The notes under the pieces: generated by a model
What the model was told of the DNA's origin: nothing
The model's database searches: none
Seen by the model: the letters and a program-made list of their open reading frames with translations, nothing else
Shown here: one piece after another, positions 34,617 to 44,944 of the stretch
How positions within the stretch are numbered: position 1 is the first letter of the stretch
How the letters are laid out: each line of letters begins with the position of its first letter
Assembly: GCA_043228905.1 (NCBI GenBank)
Contig: JBHGNT010000010.1
Location: forward strand, 14,632,001-14,696,000
Direction: 5' to 3'
Source: Azolla caroliniana
Taxonomy: Eukaryota; Plantae; Polypodiophyta
DNA length: 64,000 nt
Position numbers and translations under genes: made by a program

Positions 34617-37600
34617 ACACACGCCACGGAGGAGCTATACGGAGCCTACCCGAATGTACGAGTGAAAATCGGTGATGTCGAGATCGATCAACACTTCTTC
34701 GTGCAGGAGATGTCCTCGCATCCGGTGATACTCGGAGAATCGTACATCATGGCGGCATGGATGGAAACGAAGGTGCTTGACAACGGATCAGCGTACGCGT
34801 GTGTGAAGAGCCAGGACAAATAGCGCTCCGTCCAATTTTTGATGGTAAGGCCGAACCATGAGTGTAACCATGAAACCCTCGGCGGCGAGAGCCGAGGGGA
34901 TTTTTAGAGAGGGCTATCAAGGCGTGGGGCCGTGATAGTCCGGACACCCCGGAAGAACCCCACACATGTACCATAGATAGGAAATTTTGGTTCTCCGATA
35001 ACGGAGGTTGTACTATGGCCGGGATAAGTGGCCGGGAAAAGAAGCGGGTGGAAGAAAGACTCAGGGCGTACGGAGTCCTCGACCCTGGCGAAGAGATTGG
35101 CGGTGCCGTGGAGGCGGTCTCCTTCGATGACACCTTGGGGGAATTACGTGAGGTTGTCGAAGGAGGCCTTAGTGAAGACCGGGCAGTTCCGGTTAGTTCA
35201 ATGGAGATGTAGGAAGTCATCGCTGACTTCGGGGAAAGGGTCGGGTCTAGTCGGACAGCCCGCATGGATACCAGGTACAAGACTGTGGACCGGAAGGTGA
35301 GGCCAATCGCGGCACCCTTGCCGGAGGGCAACGAAGAGCGGATAAAGGGGGTCGCGTCGGACCCAAGTTTACGGCAACCGGCCGGCATAGGGCACCGATT
35401 CACCGACATAACGCTGCAGGAGCTCAAGGTCGGTGGGGTTGGGTTTCTACTGCCGGCGGAGGAGGACCGGTTTCGGAGGATGCTCGGAAGGCACGGGAAA
35501 GCCTTCGCATTCTCGCCGGAGGAGATCGGGTGCGTAGACCCGACAATAGTGGAGCCGATGGTGATATGCACGGTGCCGCATGTGCCGTGGAATCTCAAGC
35601 TGATTCTGGTACCCATAGCTCACATCCCGAAGTTGATGTAGTTGCTGAAGCAGAAAGTGGAGATCGGCATGGTCGAACCGTCGAGCACCCTTCGGTATTC
35701 TAATTGGTGGTTTACCATGCCCAAGAAGAACGGCACGTTGTGCTTCATTCATGACCTGCAACCGGTCAACAAGGTGACCATTCGGAACGCAAGAATCAGA
35801 CCGACCATAGACGAGTTCGCGGAGGCCTTCGCCGGAAGGTCAATTTACTCAGTCGGTGATTTGTACTCGGGATACGATCAGTTCCAGCTAGCCATGGAGA
35901 GCAGGGAGATTACGACGATGCGGACTCCTCTCGGCCTAGTACGGATGTGTACCTTTCCGCAAGGAGGGACGAACTTGGTAGCCCACATGGTGAACACAAT
36001 GAGCAAAGTGCTAAGGGATTGTATCCCGGACATCACCATGCCATTCTTAGATGATATCCCGATCAAAGGATGCCTGGTGGAGGGTAAGGACGAGACAATC
36101 GGACATGACAGATGCCGGAAGTTCGTGGTGGACCACGTTGATAACTACGAGAAGGTGATGCAAAGACTAGAGGGCGCGAGGCTCACCTTCTCCGGGGAAA
36201 AATCGGCCTTCGGGCAATCAGAGATCATGGTCGTCGGACACCTATACGGGCCATTCGGTCGGAAATCGTCACTGGCCAAGGTAGAGGCCATCTCCGCGAT
36301 GAAGCGCGACTGTAACTCGGTCACCGAAGTCCGGAGATTCTTGGGAGCATGCGCGTTCTACCATATCTGGATCCCGCATTACGCCCACATCACAGAGCCG
36401 CTCTATGGATTGCTGAAGAAAGGGAGTAAATTCAAGTGGAGAGAGGAGCATACGGAGTCGGCCCGGAAAATGAAAGAAGCACTTGTTGCGGCACCGGCAC
36501 TCCGGAAAGCGGTCTACGGTAAAGACATTCTGATTTATGTGACCGTACACACGAGTCCGACCGGGATCGGATGGGTGATCAACCAGGAGGAAGAGAAAGG
36601 CACGAGGTTCCCCATCCAGTTCGGCACGAAAGTCCTCAGCGAACGACAGTGAGGGTACGCCCAGGTTAAACGCGAACTCTGGGGATCATTTCGGCGGTCA
36701 AGGCCAACAAAGACTATCTGATCGGGATGAAGGTCATAATTGAGACGGACTGCCTGCCGATTGTCAATATGGTTTCCGGATGTGCAACGCCGGACCTAGC
36801 AATGCTCAGGTGGATAGCGTACATCAAGTCCCTGAATCCGGAAATACGACACATTTCTGGAAAAGACAATGCCATGGCCGACATGCTTTCGAGGGCAAGA
36901 TTCGATGATGAGGACAGCATGGTTTCGGAGGACGAAGAAGTCGGCGTGGACTTCTTCGAGATGGCTTACGTAACAACAAGGAAGGGGAGCACTCCGGCGC
37001 TTAACAAGTTCGATGAGAGCAAGTACGACGGGGAGTGTCTCCATATCGGCGGATTCCTGAAGACAATGACACCGGACGTGGCGTGGACGAAGGAAGAGAC
37101 CAACCATATTTGGAAGAAAGCGTACCGATTCTTACTACGGGATGGGTGCATATGAAAGCATCCGAAGAAGAGAAACGGCATCCCACTTCGGGTTGTGGCA
37201 AGGAAAGAGGAACACGTGGAACTACTGACGGCGTACCACGAGAGTCCCTGGGCCGGACACCGCGGGACGTGGGCCACATTCGAGAAACTAAAGGGGAAGT
37301 CCTGGTGGCCGGGACTATAACAGGACGTGCATCGGTTCGTGATGGCTTGCGAAAGCTGTCAGATGCACTCCATAGTCCGACATCGGGACAAGCTCCACCC
37401 GACCTACCCTCCGACCGCCCACTTCAAGTGGATGGTGGATCTGGTAACGATGCCGATGGGGGTAGGGCAGATGCGATATCTGGTGTTGGCTCGAGAGGAC
37501 CTAACGAACCAGGTGGAAGGCCGAGCATTGCCGAACAAAATGATTGCGGCCGTGTGCCGATTTCTGATCGAAGAAGTGGTAGGCCGGTACGGGTGCGTAG

Positions 37601-38287
37601 GAAAGATCGTAGCCGACCACGGGGAACTAGACGCACAAGAGGCTGAAGAGTTGTTTGACTGGCTAGGGGTTAAACTCTCGCTCACCACGGCATACAATCT
37701 GGAGGCGAACAGGAAGGTGGAACGCGGACACGGGCCGGTGGTCAAAGCGTTAGTGGGGGCATGTGGAGGCCAAGTCGGAAACTGGCCACAGCTCTTACCC
37801 TATGCGTTGTGGGCCGACCGAACTACGCACAGTTCGGTAACTGGGTTCATGCCGGCAGAGCTGATGTACGGGCAGAAGCCAGTCATGCCAATGGAGCGAA
37901 CGACCTCCTCATGGGCCACGGTGGACTGGAGAGACGAGATGAGCCGGAAGGAGCTGTTAGCGGCACGGATCCGACAGCTCGAGCGAAGACCGAAGGATGT
38001 GGAACGAGCCGCGGAAAAACTGCGGGCCGCGAGGGTAAAGAACAAGGAACGATTCGACCAAACTCACCAACTGAGGCCGAAGAAAATCGAGGAAGGCGAC
38101 TGGGTTTTGGTATATGACAGCAACCTCGACAACCAGCACAAGGTGATGCAGAAGTTCGCAAGGAGGTGGTTCGGGCCTTACGTGGTGACAAGCACCACGA
38201 ACAACGGGACCTACCATCTCGCGGAGCTTGATGGGACGAGGATAGCACTACCGGTGGTCGGGAAAAGGATCAAAGCATTCAAAAAGC
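34617..38287 (+). pseudogene. G protease end, RT, RNase H and integrase
   Basis: GDLYSGYDQFQL, PFLDDIP, TSPTGIGW, WMVDLVTMP, WFGPYVV. Confidence 0.93.
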
Positions 38288-38733
38288 TATCAGGAATAGT
38301 ACTAAACAGAGAGAGGATTAGTACTAGAGAAGGGAAGTACTATTAGTACTAAGAGGACAGGACTGCGTAACACTCCCGAGAGAGTAAGAGAGAAGAGGAG
38401 AGAGAGAGATAGTGAGAATGAGAGAGAGAGAGAGAGAGAGATGATGATGATAACAGATCATATATTATAAGAACAGCAAGTACAAAAAGGGCTATGAGGC
38501 TAAATACTGGCGTTGAATCAATTTGGTTCCACATAATGCCTAGTGCCCTCTTTTATAGTGTTCTCAGGAGTAATCCTGAAGCTTCTAGAATGTTCCAGAG
38601 AAATCTGGAATATACATTAATTTCCTATAATAAAATGTAAATGAGAATAATATCCTACTTATTACAATAGATGATATAATGGTCAAGAGCTCGACCCATA
38701 TAACCTAAGATCATGGGTTCGAGTCTTGCCATA

Positions 38734-39780
38734 TCATGACACTATCCCCCTTTTAAAACGACAAGTGTCACGAGTCATTTTGGATGGAGCGCCCGGTTTG
38801 TGTGGATATTGACGATGGAAGTCTTCAAGAAGCGCACGAGCATTGGTCACATTCCCGATCGGTTCCCAAGTACGTTTGTTGGGACTATAGCCTAGCCAAT
38901 CGACTAGATAGTAGAGCTTGTTGCGAACAATCTTGGAATCAAGGATGGCAGCAACCTCGTACTCTGGTCCATCTTCAAGCTTGATCGGGGGTGGAGGTTG
39001 TATAATACGTCCTAGGATGGTGCTCTCGTGGTAGGGTTCGAGGAGAGAATTATGAAACACCGGATGTATCCGAAGTTGAGGAGGTAGATCGAGACGAAAA
39101 GCGACAGCATTAATCTTTCCGATAATACGGAAAGGAACTAATCGCCGATAATCCAACTTCTCACATGGGCGAGTAGTCTTGATGTGTCGCCGTAGTAGCC
39201 ACACCCGATCTCCAATGTTAAAACTAGATGGAAGTCGATGACGATCCGCATAGACCTTGTGTGTTTGTTGAGCTTGCTGGAGATAAGTGGATAAATTTGC
39301 TTGTATCGTGTGTAACTGCTCCAAACGATCCTCCACGCAAGGATTTGTGAACACCTCTGGGGTTTCGAGTACACTCCACCGAGGGTGACATCCCGTATAA
39401 GCATAAAATGGCGTAACTTTAGTCGATGTGTGGATAGAGTTATTATAGGCAAATTCGGCGAAGTGGACAATATCTGCCCAATTATCTTGATGATAGCTAA
39501 GAAAGCACCGCAGATACTGCTCCAGCGTTTGATTTGTTTGTTCGGCTTGGCCGTCGGTTTGTGGGTGGTAGTCGGAGGAGAGGTTACAAGTGACCTTGAG
39601 CATTTTAAAAAGGTGCTTCCAGAATTTTGACACGAACTGGGGTCCATGGTCGCCGACGATACTATCAGGAAGTCCATGATGCCGACATACTTCACGCATG
39701 ACAATTTCGGCGGTGTCTTCACTGGAGATTTCCTTAGTACATGGCAAGAAATGAGCCATCTTCGTATATCGATCTACCAC
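38734..39780 (-). CDS. Integrase plus chromodomain of I (fragment of interrupted pol)
   Basis: VDRYTKMAHF, DHGPQFVS, YHPQTDGQAEQ, HPVFHNSLLEPY; chromodomain EYEVAAILDSK..YLVDWLGY..TWEP. Confidence 0.93.
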   Translation of the reverse strand: MVDRYTKMAHFLPCTKEISSEDTAEIVMREVCRHHGLPDSIVGDHGPQFVSKFWKHLFKMLKVTCNLSSDYHPQTDGQAEQTNQTLEQYLRCFLSYHQDNWADIVHFAEFAYNNSIHTSTKVTPFYAYTGCHPRWSVLETPEVFTNPCVEDRLEQLHTIQANLSTYLQQAQQTHKVYADRHRLPSSFNIGDRVWLLRRHIKTTRPCEKLDYRRLVPFRIIGKINAVAFRLDLPPQLRIHPVFHNSLLEPYHESTILGRIIQPPPPIKLEDGPEYEVAAILDSKIVRNKLYYLVDWLGYSPNKRTWEPIGNVTNARALLEDFHRQYPHKPGAPSKMTRDTCRFKRGIVS

Positions 39781-39846
39781 TGTTAGAATCGCATTGAACC
39801 CCTTAGAGACTGGAAGATCTGTGATGAAGTCTAGAGCAATGGATTG

Positions 39847-42320
39847 TCACGGCTTGCTTGGAATTGGTAATGGTTCTAATAAACCATATGGATGAAGCCT
39901 TGGCATTTTCGCTATGCAGCATGTATCACAAGTCCGAACAAAATCTTCGACAAATTGTCGCATACGTGGCCACCAGAATGATCGTTGTACTAAATCTAAT
40001 GTTTTAGTACTACCAAAATGCCCAGTTGTATATGTGTCATGACAGTTTTGTACTACTTGAAGGCGGCAAGAACCATTAGAAACATACAAAAGTTCTTTAA
40101 AGAAGAGTAATCCATCATGGTATTTGAATTGCCGATAGTCCGTACCTGGTGGTTGCGATTGTGAACACGACGCTCGAGAGAGATCAATTTGTGCTAGTAT
40201 AGCTGGGCGAAAGCATTTTTCTTCAGGTCCGCACGTATGATATTGATAACGTGGGAATCCATGGGCATGCCAAAAACCTGTGTTGCTTGCAGTCGTGTCG
40301 GTCCCAAGATTACTTGCTTTTGGTTATCGAAAGCTGGCTCGTTGAGACGCGGTGTTAGATACGAACACTGTGATAATGCATCTACCTTCCCTTGGTGCTT
40401 CCCCAGACGATATGTAATTTTGAAGTCGAAACGCGTGAGGAAGTGGGCCCACCGAGCTTGACGTCGATTTAACACACGAGCATCCTGAAAGTAGGCAAGG
40501 TTTTTATGGTCGCTGAATACGGTGACTTGATGAGAGGATCCCTCTAAAAAATGCCTCCATTGCATAAACGAGTCCACTATTGCCAATAGCTCCTTATCAT
40601 GAATTTCGTAGTTGATTTCGGCGGTGTCAAACTTGTGTGAGTCAAAAGCCACAGGATGTAGCTTCTCATCATTACCCCGTTGTGCCAGAATGCTCCCCAA
40701 TGCGAAATCTGATGCGTCAGCTTCGATAATGAATGGTTTTTCTGAATCGACATGAGCTAGAATTGGAGCCGATGTAAATGCCTTTTTAAGACTCTCGAAA
40801 GCCATATCTGCTTCTTCAGACCAAACGAACAATTGTCCCTTCCTGGTAAGTTGTGTGAGAGGCAAAACGAGCTTTGAGTAATCTTGTATAAACTTCTGGT
40901 AAAATTTGGCAAAGCCTAAAAAACATTGCACATCTTGCACCGAGCGCGGAGTCTGCCATTCTACCACCATCTTGACCTTAGCTGGGTCCATGGAGATGCC
41001 TTCTGATGAAATGACATAGCCGAGAAATTCCACCTGGTTGCACCCGAAACTACATTTTTCTAGTTTTGCGTAAAGACCATGTTCTCGAAGTCGTTTTAGT
41101 ACTAACAGTACATGACAATCATGCTCTTCTTCGGTCTTTGAATAAACCAGTAGATCATCCGAGTAGATGATCAAACATGCATCCAAGAGATCTCAGAATA
41201 TATCATTTGCCATGTGCTGGAATATATCATTAGTGAGGCCGAACGGCATGACCGTATACTCGAAGTGCCCATATCTAGTGCGGAACGCGGTCTTCCATTC
41301 ATCTCCTGGTCAGATCCGTACGAGGTTATAGGCCCCCCCGTAAGTCGATATTTGTGAAGAACCTGGCACCATTGATCCGTTCTAAAAGACTTGAGATAAG
41401 GGGAAGTGCATACCTATTGCGGATTGTAACTTTGTTCAAGCCACGGTAATCTACCACTAGACGAAGTGAGCCATCCTTTTTCTTGACGAAGAAAATGGGT
41501 GCGCCGGCTGGAGATTTCTAATGTCGAATGAATCCATTCTCCAAATTCTCCTCTATATAGGCTCGAAGGACTTCTAGCTCGGTTGGTGACAAATTGTAGA
41601 TCGGTCCCCATGGTGACTCTTTCCCCGGTTATAAATCAATGGGGCAATCATATGGTCGATGGTGAGGAAGCGTATTGGCTCGTACTTTATCGAATACATC
41701 GACATAATGATGATACTTCTTTGGAAGCTGAACGATGGACTCCTCTTTAGTGGTGTCGGAGGGTTTTAGTGATATTGCGAAGAGAAACATTTCTTCCTTG
41801 CGTCCTTCTTCCCGCAACTGATGTAGTGAAATGGTGGCAATCTTCTGAGTAGATCCTCGGGTTTGTCGACACCGGATTTCTTTTGTTCTCCAATCTATGT
41901 CTGGGTTATGTAACTCGAACCATGGTAATCCCAAAACGATGGGATGTTCTGGGATACTAATAATGTTAAATGATACTGCACATGCTAAGTTATCTAGGAC
42001 TATATTAACGGGTTCTAAGTCTTCTATGATATTTCCGGAAGCAATGGGACGACCATCAATGACGACTATAGAGGCTAGACACGGGAGTTTTCTAAGAGAT
42101 ATCTGATGAGCTTGGGCAAAATTCCTATCCATATAGCAAGAATTAGCTCTGGAGTCTAGAAGTGCTAAGACGTGTATTGGAGGGGTACTTTTAGTACTAA
42201 CTGTTACTTGGGCTATGAACACATTGCTAACTTGCTTAGAGGGAATGGAACCACTAATGGGCTGCACAGATCTAGGGTTGTCCAACCAAACGGCTCCTAT
42301 TTTGGCTGGAATTAGTCGTT
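39847..42320 (-). pseudogene. I protease, RT, RNase H and integrase zinc finger
   Basis: ALLDSRANSCYM, YSDDLLVY, EADASDFALG, YEIHDKELLAI, GHFG..C..C. Confidence 0.92.
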
Positions 42321-43470
42321 TAACTCTTCTTCTAACTGACTAAGGACATCAAATTTGTTCGCTAGATCTAGGCTATTGGTACTATTAGTACTATTAGTAC
42401 TATCAGATATCCCTACTGTAATAGGCTCGGGTTTAGTACAATTAGAACTAGCAACTATTTGGTTTACCTGTCTTCTTGGCCTATGGGGACAATTTATTGC
42501 AATGTGTCCTGGTCCACCGCAGTAGAGACATAGTCGATTTGTTGGCGTCGCTACTTTTCTTCTTCGGATAATGGCCCTCGATGACGTGTAGTGTCAATCT
42601 CCATCGGAGTCGAAGTATTCACTGGAGGCACATTATAGTACTCCCTCGGTAAAGGTTTTGCTACCATTGAGGCATAGGTGGGCTCTGATCTTGCCCTCGA
42701 CATCTGTAGCTGTCATTCCGAACGTCGCTCAAAGAGGCGGTTGTCACATCTCACCACGCGACTGATTGCTTCTGTTAAGGACTTTGGCTCTTCAAGGAAA
42801 GTCAAGAGTAAATCCTTGACATCGTTCCGTAAACCATAACAAAATTGCTCCATCAATGCTTGATCATCCCAAGGGATTTCAGCGGCGAGTAGGCGGAAAT
42901 CTACAGCGTATGCGGAGGCTGGACGGTCTCCTTGGCGTAATCGCCGGATTTTGTTGATTGTGGTCCTTATGCTGTCAGTATCCCCAAAGCATGCTTTAAA
43001 CTCACCTATAAACTCTTCAAAGTTGTTGAGTAATGGAGACTCCTTTTCCAATAGTGGAGCGAACCATGCCAACACTGAGCCACTTAACAGCGTCCCTACT
43101 AAACCCACTCGTGATGCATCGGTAGGATATCGGGAAGGATGCATTTGAATAACTAATCGTATCTGATTAAGGAACCCTCTAAACTACGATCGTGTTCCAT
43201 CAAACTTCATGAGAAGGCCAATCTTGGGTTCCTTATGAATCCCTTGTGTTCTGGGGCCTTGTTGTTGCATCGCTACGATGGTTGCTTCGAGTTATTGCAC
43301 GCGTAATGCAAGTTCCCCATGTTGTTGTTGCGTTTGCTGCTTTTCTAAGGAGATTTGTTGAAGATCCCCCAGCAACCGTTGATTTTCTTGTTCCAAAGCA
43401 AGGAACTTCTCTTTCAAGCATTGAAACTCTGAGAAAACAGATTGATATTCCTGAGCGCTAACTGTGGCCA
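42312..43470 (-). pseudogene. I gag
   Basis: LRQGDRPASAYAVDF; zinc knuckle CLYCGGPGHIAINC; start position approximate. Confidence 0.85.
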
Positions 43471-44011
43471 TGGAATAAGAGATTAGTATGAAGGGAGAGA
43501 GAGAGAAGGGAAAATTGGTTCAAACTGTCAGGAATAGTACTAAACAAAGAGAGGATTAGTACTAGAGAAGGGAAGTACTATTAGTACTAAGAGGACGGGA
43601 CTGCATAACACTCCCGAGAGAGTAAGAGAGAAGAGGAGAGACAGAGATAGCGAGGACGAGAGAGAGGGAGAGAGATGATGATAACAAATTATATATTATA
43701 AGAACAATAAGTACAAAAAGGGCTATGAGGCTAAAGATTGGCATTGAACCAATTTGGTTCAACATAATGCCTAGTGCCCTCTTTTATAGTGTTCTCAGGA
43801 GTAATCCTGAAGCTTCTAGAATGTTCAAGAGTATTACAATAGATGATATAATGGTCAAGAGCTCGACCCATACAACCTAAGGTCATGGGTTCGAGTCTTG
43901 CCATATCATGACAAAAGCAGCATGAGGATGAACCGGACCTTGACGACTTGGATAGTGAGGACGACCAATTCGGAGCGAATGGCGATCCGGAGGACGAAGG
44001 ATAAGCGCGCC

Positions 44012-44013
<2 letters not shown>

Positions 44014-44050
<37 letters not shown>

Positions 44051-44157
44051 CAGCACGGCCGTTGTCTTTCTTGCTCCTACTCGTGATCGGTTATTCCTCG
44101 GTCCAAGACCCCCGTGGTCCCGCTTCGTTCTATACGCATGCGTGTAACAACCCGACA
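44014..44157 (+). repeat. Truncated 3' LTR of G starting in a (TG)n tract
   Basis: Matches about 19579-19704; ends CCCGACA followed by TSD ACGT. Confidence 0.85.
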
Positions 44158-44944
44158 ACGTTCCTCGAGAATCTTCTTCAGATCTGTCGTTTGCTCTATG
44201 TCCAACCTTATCTTATAGGTAGGCATAGTTCTTATCTTCCAAGCGGGGACTTCGACACCAACCTTCACGGGCCATACCGTTTCTTCGACTCGTTTGCTCA
44301 ACTCCCTTTTCCGGCTTGAGTCTCCTTCCTCCGTTTGTAAAGCTCGACTCGTTTCTGCATCTTCTTTCTTTTTTGCACTCCTTGTTTCATGTCTTTTTGA
44401 TGGGTTGTCTTGCCCTTCCATTCTTTTTCTCTTTTTATCCACGAACACCTCGTGGTTGTCACACATCACTTCCGCGAGTATGGTGTTGTCATTCATCCGG
44501 TTATGCTTTGCACACCTCGGTCCGCAAGCTCTACCTCATTCGGAGTGACCTTTCCCTTGTTCTCATACTCAAGAATGATAGACCAAAACCTTGCTCCCGC
44601 TCTAGCAGCTTCAGTTTTGTCTTTCCCGACTCTTATTTCGGCCACTGCAACATAGTGCATCGCATCCACATGAGTCATCTTAGCATCTTCCATGGCTTTC
44701 TTCATTCCCCCTCTTCCGAAATTCACCCACAGGGGTCTTCTAGTCTCACTTGAGCAGATCATGTTGCCATCCATGTATACGATATTTTGTCAAATGGCGT
44801 CTCGAAGGCTCATACAATCCCTTCTCATGTGGTCCATGCTATCGCACCACACGCATCTAAAGGGTTCTTTTCCTTTCGGGCCCCGACGATTCATGTTGGT
44901 TACCGTGACCATCTCGAACTTTTTCGCCAGTTCTTCGATGATGT
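44158..44944 (-). pseudogene. C gag, central and C-terminal part
   Basis: CVWCDSMDHMRRDC knuckle; TTDLKKILEER. Confidence 0.85.

Larger units (their letters stand above)
38288..43913 (-). mobile_element. Chromovirus I (Tcn1/Tf1-like Ty3/Gypsy with chromodomain), full-length and decayed
   Basis: LTRs 38288-38741 and 43526-43913; 5-bp TSD AAAGC; PPT next to 38741; no tRNA PBS. Confidence 0.93.
19022..44157 (+). mobile_element. Gypsy element G (tRNA-Trp PBS), interrupted by H, D and I
   Basis: 5' LTR 19022-19704; PBS TGGTGAACCCGACATGA 19709-19725; 3' LTR remnant about 44014-44157; 4-bp TSD ACGT. Confidence 0.92.

Noticed and set aside
34747-35616. 289-aa minus-strand ORF
   Set aside because: Antisense to G pol in GC-rich sequence; not kept intact in paralogue H
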